NCBI GenBank assembly: GCA_028023455.1
Contig: JAQFVV010000002.1
Location: forward strand, 11,718,001-11,782,000
Length of the DNA: 64,000 nucleotides
Direction: 5' to 3'
From: Epiperipatus broadwayi
Taxonomy: Eukaryota; Animalia; Onychophora
How positions within the stretch are numbered: the stretch's first letter is position 1; each line of letters opens with the position of its first letter. This document shows, in pieces, positions 22,805-35,530 of this stretch. Under the pieces are notes generated by a model. The model was not told the origin of the DNA, did not search any database, and saw only the letters and a list, made by a program, of their open reading frames with translations. The position numbers and the translations under genes are program-made.

Positions 22805-25158
22805 AAGTGAAAATATAACAAATTCCCAAATATTTTCATAACCAATTAAGGATATCTGTAAAGAGTTATTTATTTTAAAAAGATTTTCATATATTTATAG
22901 ATTTTATGTTAGAAATTTAATACGAATTTAATGTGTATTTTATAAATAATTTTCATCTACGACATATTGAAAGAAAGTACAATCAAATGATCTCATGATG
23001 ATTGGCATAACTACCTGCCAGGGCTTGAGTCTGGTCAATTTAATCATTGGAAATTTGTTTAAGATGAAAGTCATACCACATTCCATCCAAAAAATCATCC
23101 AGTTTTTTTGTCAACAATTTGCAACAATACACTGAAATACTATCATAGGCCATGTTCCTTAAAAGTAACTTTAATTCATATTCTGAAGTAGTTTTCTCAT
23201 TCATTTAAAGTTATACCTAAAACAATTTCTAAAAATAACTTTCTTAAAAAGCTTACTGGCACTACTTGGAATTATAATGCAAGTATTTTATAGTCAGATT
23301 CTTTAATGCTACCATATTCTATTGTTAAATACTGTTCTTCTGTTTGGAGAAGCATTTAAATATTATCCTGAGAAATAATGTTCATACACTCAGATCTATT
23401 CCTTGGAAATGGCTTTCTGACCTTTTTACATATTCCTCCAATATATAAAAAGCTATTACATACATCGAATTTGCCAATAATTCAATATTACAGCTTCACT
23501 ATCTAAAAACTCACCTCAAGTTAAGATCTTTTTTCTCCATGATCAATAAAGAATTTCAAACAAAAGTATTATAACAAAATGACCTTCTTATGAGGTTTCA
23601 ACCCCCCCCCCCCAGATCCAATACTAAAACCAGCTGGATTTGATCTTCTTAGATATTATTGTAGTTTTAGCAACAAATTCAGGATAACTTATAATAATTG
23701 CAGTCATTTACTTTATAAATGGAATTTAACAACTATTGAATTTTTTAGATATGGACTAATGTGAACCATGAACTATGTAATTAATGACTATCAAATCTAT
23801 GGCTACAATGGCAGAATTTATGATTTAATAAAATCGCTCATGATTCTATTATTTGGCTTGAATTTCATGGATTCTTTTATGATATTTTGTTAATAGTTAC
23901 TCTGCCTAACAAAAAATCCATAAACTAAATTTTAAAAATGAGTATTTAGCTAATTATTGGTAAAGAATAATGATTCCAATTTAATCTCAGTCAGATAAAT
24001 GTTGATGAGTTGATAGTAAATCAAAATATATGACTGAGATATACTCAGACTTCACTTCTGATGAGAGATATCACACAACTATGGGCAAGCAGTGATTCTT
24101 TGATCTATTTTATCATTAATTCATTCAGATTTTCTAACTAGTCCTGCATCTTCATTGAATATTATTATCTTAATATTCATATTTTGAACAAAATATGATT
24201 TCAAAAATTCTATCCATATATGATATTAAAAATTTTGTGAACGGATAAATTGGTATTCATATGCTAAACGTTAGTAGATATTTAATGTCACCTAATAATA
24301 GTCACTACTTTTACTTGGAATTCACCATACTATATATATCTAGAACATCCTTATTTATTATGACAGAAACAAAAAAATAAAATGATACATAAATCCATAA
24401 TAAATAAGGGCAGATTTATTCATAATAACAGTTAATTTGACTAGAAAGAGGCCTTATGTGAGATGTATGTATGAGATTTTGATGTGGAGTAGAGAGATTA
24501 TGGATCAGAGTAATTGAATTAAACTTTCATCTTACAGATATTAATAATGATTACAAATGATAAAGAATTTGAACCAGAACATGATAAATTTACCCTCAAC
24601 TGCAATTGAATACAGATAAAAAACAATCATTTTTGAAAAATTAATAGATTTGTTAAAAGATGAAAATAGTAATGTTGGATAGGGGAGATGTGAATTGCAA
24701 TGTTATTTATAATGTTTTGATAAGAACAAAAAGAGCAATTTGTTATTTATTAGTACTTTTTATTTATTTTACAAATTACTGTATTTAGTGTTTGTTAAAA
24801 ATAAAATGATTTTACTTGTTATGTAATACAGAATTTATTAATATTACTAATTATAAAACATTATGTGTACAATTAAATTAAACATCTTGAGCATTTTCTA
24901 GCTTCAGTAGCATTCGTATTGATGTATTTTTAAATCACTTTCTACATTGATTTAAAAGCTTCTTCATTATAAAAAGTTATATTTAATGTTTTTTTCATGA
25001 AAGTTGCAAAAATTTATGAGTTCTGCAATTACTTTATTATGACTGTAAGAATTTATGATAAATGCAGATATATTAAATAAATCTGCAAAATACGCATGCA
25101 GATATGAATGCAAATATAATATAACCCACAATATTATGTTTAAATAAAATTTATTTTA

Positions 25159-25538
25159 AACCACTAAACATCACATGATCAATATTTCTTATGCTAGCAC
25201 ATAACTGTTATTAAAACAGGCAAAACTCTCCATACAGTAGTGCCACTCAGTGCCAACCAGAGTAATCAATGGATGCCAGAAGGCTTGTGCATAAACTCCC
25301 CCATCTAGTGCCTACTCATCCAATATCCCCAGACTAGTTTCTGGCTTGTGGCCTTCGTCAGTACTCTCAGATCCAAGGCTCCTCACTGACGAAGGCCACA
25401 AGCCAGAAACTAGTCTGGGGATATTGGATGAGTAGGCACTAGATGGGGGATTTTATGCACTAGCCTTCTGGCACCCATTGATTACTCTAGCTTGCTGTGT
25501 GTGGCAATACATATAGTGAGTTTTGCCTGTTTTAATAA
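25159..25538. mobile_element. Family A inverted dimer with two opposed HHRs
   Basis: Minus HHR at 25327-25363 (stem I 5' strand lost at the junction) and intact plus HHR at 25381-25420 with CUGACGA core. Confidence 0.9.
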
Positions 25539-26302
25539 ATTAATTGACTAAGTAATATTGTAAAGTACTACTTTTATATAACTATTTTGTTGATCATAAA
25601 ATGCTGCATTAAATTAATGTAGATATATATAATAAAATACACACATATAAATAGAAAGATTTCAAGACAAATTTTGGGCAAATAAATCTAGAAGTAGGTA
25701 GGTCGTTTGAATATTTTTTTTAGAATGTCAAAAGAGGATAGGCTGATAAAAACGTTGAAAAAAAAAATATTGTATGAATTTTTCATAAGACTTCTTTTTC
25801 AACTTTATCAGATATAAAAGTTTTGCAAAACAGAATTTAAAGATTTTATCAATTGCTGGTAGTTAGCTAGCTAGAGAGATTATAGGTCAACAAAAATTTG
25901 TATTATTATTTTAAAAAAATAGAACATATAAATTCTCTATTTGACTAGTTATTTATATAAACAGAGTATTTCATTAATTTAAAATACAATGACAGTTTAC
26001 ACACACAATGAAGATTTGTGTGTATGTTTGCATAATGCAAATGCACGTATAAAGATAATAATATTCACTAGAATTTGGTACCAGAAATGCATCAAAGTTA
26101 TGGGTTGAATAAAATCAAATTTGTTTAAACAGTACATAAATCTTTAATTCTTGAATAAGTAATCTATACTGTACTAAACTGTGCATGGCTTTATACAAAC
26201 AAAACACATAACACTTTCTGTGAAATATCTAAATCAGATATTAATAGCAAACAAAATATGTAAAATAGTCAAATAAAAAAATAGTCATAGATCACATGAC
26301 CC

Positions 26303-26979
26303 CATTCTCTTAAGCTTGTAAGATATAAACAATGAGCATTGCCAATTGCTCAACAAGCTTTGTGATAAATGCTTAGCCAGAGAAAGCATTTAAAATATCT
26401 GTCAGGACCCCCCCCCCCAACCTCTGAACATGGTTTTGTGCTTTGGCACTCCCCAGAGGCGCTAGGATAGCTTCAGACACTAGATCTAAAAATACAAACC
26501 CAAAGTCAGTATTTATCTAGAAGTTACCTATTGAGTAAAAAATCTGAAATTTTCAGACACCTACATGTCTTCAAACCCAGCTATTAAATTCAAATAGCTA
26601 TATGAAACTGAGAGATCTACAGCTAAATCATATATTAGTAGTCTTAGCAATATAATATCACATAAGTCTTAAAGCATTCTCTTAAGCTTCTAAGATATAA
26701 ACAATGAGCATTGCCAATTGCTCAACAAGCTTTGTGATAAATGCTTAGCCAGAGAAAGCATTTAAAATATCTCTGTCAGAACCCCCCCCCCCAATCTCTG
26801 ACCATGGTTTCATGCTCTGGGACTCATCAGAGAGGTGCTGGCATAGCTTCAGACACTAGATCTAAAAATACCAACACAAAGCCGGCATTTATCTAAAAGT
26901 TATCTATTGAGTGGAAAATCTGAAATGTTCAGACACCTACATGTCTTCAAACCTATCTATCCAACTCAAATAGCTATAT
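26303..26979 (-). mobile_element. Family D tandem dimer (about 372-374 bp period) with HHRs, retrozyme-like
   Basis: Direct repeat 26303-26603 / 26675-26979; HHRs at 26422-26458 and 26796-26834. Confidence 0.85.
26796..26834 (-). ncRNA. Hammerhead ribozyme (family D)
   Basis: CUCU-CUGAUGA-GUCCCAGAGCAU-GAAAC-CAUG-GUC-AGAG. The sister copy supplies stem II GUGC[CAAA]GCAC; palindromic stem III is ACCAUGGU. Confidence 0.8.
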
Positions 26980-29900
26980 TGGGTTTGTTTGTATGAAATA
27001 TGCAAGTGGCCTAGTAGCAAGAAAAGCGAACTAAAGTTCTTGATTCAAAATTTTCAAATTGAAGCTATAATAATGATAATAACAATAGTAATAATAATAA
27101 TCATAATAGTAATAATAATAATTTAATAATTTTATTGCTTAGAAATTCGTAAAAAAATTGAGCACCACAAACAATAAAGCTGAGTTGTAATCCACAGACT
27201 TGAACTCCAAAGTTTGCCACTTTATTACCACACTAATCCATGCAGGACTTTGATGCTATTTTTGCATACTCAAAATCATATTTTTTCATATAATTATATA
27301 CACTATTATAAAGATCTTTCAATCTGGATAGATTTCGAAGCTATATAATTAGGTTTCAAAATGAAACTATCCTTAAAAATTGTAATTATGAAAAATACCA
27401 TAACTATTATTGTCTTGATATAATATATAAATGAATATAAGATGGCTTAATGTTATAAAAGCTTTAAATATGGACAGAATACTTTTAATACTCATTGTAC
27501 TGCAATGCAAAAATCAAGAAGAAACTAAAGTTACATATTAAAATGATCATTTCATAAGGTGTGTATAAGGTCAAAAAGAAAAAGAAAAAAAAATTAAAAT
27601 TAGAGATATTCACTTGATTAAAATATTTAAAGAAGGGCTAATTTATGAAAACATCATAACCAGGCCAATTAGATCAGTAATTTTAGAAATAAGAAATTAA
27701 CATTAAATTACTCGTTTTATGTGAGTACATGGTATATGTAGAATATATGTGTAAAATAGTATGTATGCATTTACAATAGAACATATAAAACATTTTATTT
27801 AGTTGAAAATAAATATTTTAAATTCTAATTGCATATATTTAGTTATAAAAGCTTTACTAGGATCACTAAAATTCAACTTTGATTCAAAATGCCTTTATAT
27901 TAAAAAAGATTAGAGTGAAATGTACATTTTTAATTGTTCTCTTTGTGAACAAATTAACTCTTTAAAAGAAATTTAGTTAAAAACTGCTTTTAGGCCCATA
28001 TTCTTGTTAATATGATAATGATTTTTTTGGTGTTAATATTGAAGGAACCAGGTATAATATGAGAAAAGGTGTTATACAAAGTCATATTAGAATGTGAAAG
28101 TGATTAGGAACTGCAGTATAAAAAAATTGTCAAATTGTCACCCATCAGTAGTCTATGTTGTGAGTATCCTATGATTCTTCTTATCTGTTAGCTATCACTG
28201 AGTATAAAATTTGTGCCAATGCATGGATATTCCCCTACTTTGAATTAAACATAGAAGTAAGCCTAGAAATTGTAAGCTTTTGTGGGCCAGAATTACTATT
28301 TAAAAGTATTTCTGTTAGCCAAATTACCATATAAAAATACAGATCAAAGTAACTGACTGAAAAAAACAACAACATTTTGATCCCCATTTTAAAGTTCTTT
28401 GCCACGCATCTAAATAAATCCATATGGTACAAAAATCAATTCAGGGTTATAGAGTGTTGAAATAGAGTTAGGCTAAATCTGATTAGATTATAAGTACTGA
28501 GAATGTTCATAAGATTGAGTAAACATTGTAAATAAAAGTTTAGGTTTTGAAATTGTTTTTCTTTCTAACAAAATGACTTTATTGAGATAAAATGATTCAT
28601 TCTTCTTTATATTAATGATTTACAGAAGTAGCAAATAAAGGAAGTCTTAAGGATTGTACATTTGGCTTGTAAATATTAAAATTGACTACATGTTGGTAAA
28701 GTCGAATTATGGATAGGGAGTGATGCTTGAAGAAATGGAAGGTGAAATAATGATGATAGTGCAAAGCCAGAGCAGAAAAGCTGTTATGTTTTATATGTAT
28801 TATTATGTTCATTGCAGTGTGTTATATTAAGAGGCTCACAGTTATAGTTATCAAATAATACAGTGCAAACAGGGCTCAAATTTACTAATTCAAGTATGTA
28901 AAAAACTTGATGCTGCCCATGATAAGAATAATTAATGAATTATTAATCTAGAATAATAAAATGTATTTAAATAAAATGAATCTGAGCTCAAAAATGAAAA
29001 TATACATTATATTTGTGATGTTACTATTATAAAGCAGACGTATTATCACTTAAAGTAAAAAAAAAAATCATTTTAATCTTGTTAGCAGATTGTCAGTCAT
29101 ATAAGAGACAATATTCATAATGTATGCTTAGATATGAATTAACAAATTTGAGAAAAAACACTGAGAGATTATCTTACATAATTAAACCAAGCAAATGATT
29201 TGTAACTTAGCAAATTTTTATTTAAATAATGTTATCAATGTGAACTTTGAAAACATGCAATCCCAATGATTACATGGTTTATTTTTCAGATAATAAACTA
29301 ACTCTGAATGATGTGACAAAAAATAATAAAGAGGGTTTTTTTTTAAAAAAAAAAAAATAATATGCAAATGTGAAATATGAAGTGCCTATCATACTTGTAT
29401 TTTAATAACTTTAATTATCTCTTAAATCACCTAAGAACACTTGAAAATTCATTTATCTTAACACGAACAATAACAACAACAACAACAACAAAAAACTTGG
29501 CATATAACATATAAATGAAGAAGATAAAAAAATTTAAAATATCAAGAGAACCCCACATAAAAATGAAACCAGCATAAATAATCCTAGAGAAGAGGAAAAA
29601 CAATACTGACTTATTAAGAAACAAATCCGGAAAAAATAATTACTAATCAGTTAAAAATTATACTTTTCAAGAAACATTGAGGAATGCGTAAAAGAACAAG
29701 CAAATGATAAGGAAAGTAAAAACCTAGAAATAATACATTTATCAAAAGATATTGGAAAATTAAATCAAATAAACTATAATTAAATAGTCAGCCAGGAATG
29801 ACAACCATTGAATAAAAATATGGTACTCAAAAGCTTCAGAGAAAATAACAGGGACAAAGCCAGTCTAATACATGATCCTACAAACATTGAAACAAATGCA

Positions 29901-30263
29901 AAATGAGAATAATCAAAACAAGACAATAAACAGACACAACAAGAAAATGACCAAATGTTAGAAAAATGAAAATAAAAAAATAAATAGTTATAACTAAAGA
30001 ATAATCAACAATAATAAAAGATTAAAACCAAAAATAAACAAATGCAACAAAAGAATAATCAAAATTTTAAGAGTGGAAACAAGAATTAAAATGAGATTTG
30101 GGAAGGATAGCAACAAATAGAAGTCATTGAAATTAAAACATAAAACATTGAAATTAAAATTGAAGACAAATGCATTAGTGATTATTTACTAAATAATTAT
30201 TAGAAATATAAATATTTGAAAACCAGGCACTCTTCACAAACCTGGAGCTTAATTGTAAGTATA

Positions 30264-30520
30264 GGTTGGAGTAGACTGAAGCCTGTCCATTAAAGTATGG
30301 AGATTTGCAATCTTAATATAAACTTAGCACTGATTATATATGTGTGTGGGAGATGATAATCTGGACCAACTGATGAGTGCTGGTTTAGCATGAAATATGT
30401 ATATTGGTGATTATTTATCTTTTCTACATGTGTGTGGTCATGTGTATCAGTAGTATGAGATAGTATAAATAGTTGAAGGGTACTTGAAAATCTGTGTTCA
30501 AATCCCCTATACTTATTATT
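30264..30520 (+). mobile_element. Family C HHR-bearing element
   Basis: Homology to the other family C copies. Confidence 0.85.
30366..30407 (+). ncRNA. Hammerhead ribozyme (family C), best-preserved copy
   Basis: CCAA-CUGAUGA-GUGCU[GGUUU]AGCAU-GAAAU-AUGU-AUA-UUGG; inferred ancestral stem III palindrome is AUACGUAU. Confidence 0.85.
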
Positions 30521-32096
30521 AGAAATATATAATCTAACTAAAAAATATCCTCTGATAGAAATATTGAAAACAGCTGTGTAAACAAGTAATTGTGTTTTGT
30601 TTTTATTTTTTAAATATTTATTAGGCTAAAAGTTATCACATTGCTTCTTCTGCAGATATGAACTAGACTGAATTAAAGATTAATATCATTTTTTTTTATT
30701 AAACCCACAAGCCATCATTAACTAGTTTCATCCCTACCCACTTTTTTTTTCTGTTACCTTTTTCAGATGGCTTTATTTATAAGTTTTAAATATATCTAAA
30801 AATGGTAATTCACATGGGAGAAAAATATGAACAAAACACATACATGCAGGTTCAATTAGCATATGTAAAGGTCAAGATAATCATATGAGCTTAGCACCCA
30901 TAAAAGTATAATTCCTTTCCAAGAGAAATTAAAAATGCATTAATGGTGAAATCAGATTAAAGAAAGATTGTTGTCCTCTAGATAATAATAATCAATTATC
31001 TATTTACTGATTAGTAAATGGATGAATGACTGAATTGACTAAAAACAAATAACTTTAAAAATCATAAGTCTGTTAAAAACTGTCTTAGATGGCCTAGATT
31101 TAAACTCAAGATTATGTCAGATGAATGTACTAATTACTAGATCATAAGATTCTTACAGCATATCTAAAGTTTTCACTAAAGTAAATTATAAAAAAAGATA
31201 ACACAAATTAAAAGAATATATTTTTATTAATTATTAAAAATATATGAAATTTCATCTTGGAAAATCTTTTGGTTGTACCCAATTGCAGAAGCAGTAAATA
31301 TAGATTATTATAGAAAACAATTAAACTATACGAAAATGTGAATTTAGAAAATTGGTTTTAAAATCATCTTTTATTATTATCATTAATTTACTGGTTATTT
31401 TCCAATTATTGAAAAGAAATATTAGCATTTATAGATCTTTCTTTTTTTCATTTACCTCATGGTCTAGTTTATTTACAAGATTGTTAATTATTAATTATGC
31501 AGAAGCCAATACAATTTTTTTCTTTGAATACTCAACACTTCATTATGTCTAGAGCTCTTTTTTTTTTTTTAAAAAAAAGACTAATTTAAAGTAAAATAGA
31601 CTTGCCCAATATTGCAATATTTTAACCATTCAGTTTTCAATGAAATATTATTGTCGAAGGAATTAGAATTTTAAAATTATTTCAAATTTACATCAAAATC
31701 CCTATCAAACTTAAATTTTCCTACATTCTTCTAATGAAAACATTAGTTATCATTTTTGTGTATAAATGCTTAAGAATAATAGTTTATGATTAAGACTACC
31801 ATCATATTTTATTATTATTATAAAAACCCCAGTGAAAATATTCTGTTGTAACCATGTTTTTAATCATGTTATATATGAGTGTAGGCAAACACAAGTGTAA
31901 AGTTATCTGATCAAAGATGCCTGAATAATTAAGCAGTACATTGTTATCTAATTATAATATTTGTTCTACATCTTAAACAATCGGACTCACTTTTGTCTTT
32001 TACATGGAAATGGCACAGTTTATATTATATTATCATGTTGTTGTTTCATTTTAGTCAAATATGGTGCATTATATATAAAATTGCTTCCAAAAACAA

Positions 32097-32188
32097 GTGT
32101 TGATGGCCGAGTGGTTAGGGCAGCTGCTTTACAAGCAGTTGTCCGGGGTTCGCTTCCCGGCCGACGTTTTGACACCTAAAAAAAAAAA
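32097..32188 (+). mobile_element. tRNA-derived SINE / tRNA pseudogene with near-complete cloverleaf, anticodon TAC
   Basis: A box TGGCCGAGTGG, anticodon arm GCTGC-TTTACAA-GCAGT, B box GGTTCGCTTCC, TTTT after the acceptor stem and a short A tail; relative at 55901-56018. Confidence 0.65.
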
Positions 32189-34492
32189 TAACAAAACAAC
32201 ATATTTGATCAATGCGAAAATTTTAAATTTATATCCCAATTGAGAAATCTTTCATTCAGTCATGACTAATATAAGATGTTGGGAGATATTGTGCAAATGT
32301 TTTTATAAAACAAATTATTAAAAAGCAATACTTTTATTTAATTTTTTATTTTAAAAAAATTGATATTTTATTTAATTTGTCTGCAAATTTAATCCTAATT
32401 CTTTTAATTCAGGTATTATTTTTAAAAAATGTCAATACATTATATATTTTGCCAAAAATTCAATTCTATAAAATTAAATGGTAATTATTTTATTAAAAAA
32501 TAATTTTAAAAAAATTGCTTTTAAAATACCTTTTTAAATAAAAGCAAAATGAATACACTTTTTTCTGTTTCAAACTTAGGTTTTGCTACAGATTTTAAAT
32601 TATTCTCATAACTTACAAAAATAAGCATTCCAGGCTCTAGTAATATTGTAATTTAATATGTGTAAAACAGAAAAGTACATTAGATTAAAGTTAATTTCTA
32701 TTTTGAGTAAAGTATAAAGATTTTTGATAACACATTTCCATTTGCATGTATAAATAAATAATCGAATGGATTCATTGCTTGGAAATCATAATTTTGAGTA
32801 CTAGAAGTACTAATACTACAGTCTGTTACTCCACCACTGCATTAAACCTGCAGGTATGTTCTTTGCTCAAAGGCAAGACGAGTAATTAAAATAATTAAGT
32901 ACTATGACTAAATTGATAACATTTGATCAGCATTAGTGGTAGTTTGCATTTCTGGCCATCCTCTGACTACAATTTATTTTAAATCTCAATTTTATAACCA
33001 CATCATAAACTTTAAAAAAACTATTTATTTAAGACAAATTTGTATTTTGCATGTAAATTGCCACAAATTTTGTTTTCAAAATTCATAATTATGACATACT
33101 GTCATAAAAGACTAAAATATGTTGAGGATGTATGATGATACATATATGTAATAAACAAATTTATTAAAAATATATGTATATCTTTTTTTTTTTTAACTCC
33201 TTTTTGGAATTTGAATTGTGTAATTCGAAAACAGGTACCCATTTTCCAATTTTAGATTTTTAACTAATTTTCTAAAAATCTATTTTTCCTATTTCAGTTC
33301 AGCCACTTTATGTAACCTTCAATAATCAATAAATGTTAGATGTAGATTTTAATAACTCCATATCCAGTACTGGATAGGGGTTTGTTAAGGCCCACCTAGT
33401 GGCAACTATTAATTACTTAAGCTTATACAAAGTAGCAAAAATGGAGTAGGAGAAATAGATATTCTATTTTATTGATGTTAAAATTGCCTAAAAGTTGAGT
33501 AAATGAGAAAAATAGGGAATGATATCTAAAGTTATTTATTGATTTATTAAATTTTATTGTAATGTGCTAAAACTAAACTTTATACTATATTTTATAAATC
33601 GATTTTTTTTAAAAAAAAAAAATCTATTTCAATTATTTTCTTTCAATTTTAGATTGAATGAAAAAATATATATATTAGTAATTTCAATAGTAAATGACTT
33701 TTTTTTTTTCCATATAAAATCAGAATCTTTTGAAATAAAAGATTGATTTTTTAAAAAAATCTTTTCACTTTTCATTATTACATTTTAATTGCATTAATAG
33801 CAAAAGAGGCCTAACCTGTTAACTAAATAATAAATTGAATCTAGATTTACATAAAATGGTTCTTTTTCTTTCTCTCATGACACGAACGTTATTGATAGCG
33901 GGTTTTTTTTAAAAAAGAAAAAAACTACTAATGAAGTATTTGTTGCTGGACTAAAATAAAAATGACTAACCTATAACATTTTGTAATTTGCAAAGCTTAC
34001 TACTAGAGGGCAATACTGAGTTACTATCACTAGTTTCTGCTTCAGTTCTCAAATTTTTTCTCTCTCTCCTATAAACATAGATAAGCAGTCTTTAAATCTA
34101 GACTAAAATGCAGACGGTCTTCAAAATACAAAATAATTTCACTTGCAATATTTTGAAAAAATTAATTGGCATTTTCACTATCAAAACAGAAAGGAAAAAA
34201 TAGAGAGGAATTTATATAATCTTTATAAACAACTTGATATAAATATGTAAATATGTTACAAATATAATAACAATAACACAGTACTGTATTATTTAAATAC
34301 TTAATTTAAACAATCATAGACAAGAGATATATATATGTATCGTTCTTGAATCCACACATTAATAAATTAAGTCTTTTTTTTAACATAAAATCGTGAATAC
34401 GCAGCAAGGCTATATTCCACGTTTATTTTTATTTAGGCACATGATTTCATTTTCATTTACACCTATAGATATAACTATAAGTATCAAGAGTG

Positions 34493-34632
34493 GGCTGCAG
34501 AAAAGAATTGTTGTCAACTGAAAGGAAATCATTTTAATCCTCTTGAAAACCTTAAAAGAACCGAGCAGGGCTATTCCTCATATCCACTCCATACGTTCTT
34601 GTCATTGCAGCTGTGATTCCTACGAACATGGA
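34493..34632 (+). ncRNA. Decayed HDV-like self-cleaving ribozyme at the RTE 5' end
   Basis: P1 GGCUGCA (34493-99) / UGCAGCU (34606-12) with G1-U wobble; P2 UCCAU / AUGGA; P3 ACG / CAU; L3 UUCUUGU (decayed UCCUCGU); J4/2 CGAAC at 34623. Confidence 0.6.
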
Positions 34633-35530
34633 TGGCCTGATCACCACAGTGTGATGAGTTTATTGACTTTTTACCCTTGAGTTTAAGATCAAGAAACCTC
34701 ATGGTCTTTTTTCTCAGTTGCCTGATAAGGCAGAATGAATGTGTGGGTGAATGAAAGAATTTTTTTTTTCTAATAAATATTTATAATCATGACAGACCAA
34801 AATAAATCATGGCCTTATTCATAGGAAGCTGTAAAGTCACCAGCCAAGGCAGCAGTTAGCGGCTGAAAGTGGAGGGTGCTAAGAATCCCCTGATTGCAGA
34901 CCCAGGTTGCTGTTTGATGACAACTTTTTATTTAGGTATTTAGAACTGCAGATCATTTTCAAGTTAAGGAAAATTGGAAGAACTGTTGCACATTACGTGG
35001 GGCATTATTGGACTTTGTGAAGAGACAATTGAATTAAAAAGTGAACATGTACTCTACTACAAAGGCACAAATATTAGTACAAGTGGAGTAGGTTTCATTA
35101 TAAATAAAAAGTGAAAGAACAACATTGTGGAATTTGATCATGTATTGAACAGAGTAGCAAGATTAGTTATTCAACTTAAAAGCAGATACCAATGAAGATA
35201 ATTCAGAGTTATTCTCCAACAAGTTCTCATAGTGATGAAGCAATAGAAGATTTTTATATGGACTTATAAAAGGCTTTTAATCAGACCAAATAACATTTTA
35301 AAATTGTTATGGGAGACTTTAATGCTAGAATTGGTAAAAAATTGAAAGATGAAAGTTTTGTAGATAAATTTGGGGCTCTGGTAATAGAAATGAGAGAGGA
35401 CATAGACTTGTGGAGTTTGTAGAAAAATAAAACCTTTATACTATAAAAAAAATGTTAAAAGGAAATGGACATGGAACCATCCAAATGAAGATGTAGCAGA
35501 ATTGGATTATATTTTGACTAACCCTAAAAT

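Noticed and set aside
24056-24085. CTGATGA as a hammerhead core (also 13406, 15330, 38068, 40790, 53997, 61094)
   Set aside because: No correctly placed stem II, GAAA and NUH/stem I could be found.
27070-27125. (TAA)n microsatellite and other poly-A, poly-C and (AAC)n runs
   Set aside because: These are ordinary simple repeats.
28235-28432. TRP-channel-like exons (LLNSNSGPQKLTISRL here; FVNLFFAILL at 38872-39090; SLAKIFWAS at 39934-40074)
   Set aside because: The resemblance is only a few residues, the order along the minus strand conflicts with channel topology, and splice signals are incomplete, so no gene name was assigned.
29500-30250. A-rich strand-biased block as LINE ORF1 or PLE ORF upstream of family C
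   Set aside because: No diagnostic motif could be read, so it cannot be supported beyond composition.
32097-32167. Bona fide tRNA-Val(TAC) gene
   Set aside because: The acceptor stem has an A-C mismatch and several G-U pairs, the D arm is not Val-like, and an A tail and a TSD-flanked relative point to a retrocopy.
33390-33404. CTCF-like motif GCCCACCTAGTGGC (similar string in the TIR at 10155-10170)
   Set aside because: These are isolated imperfect matches with no supporting context.
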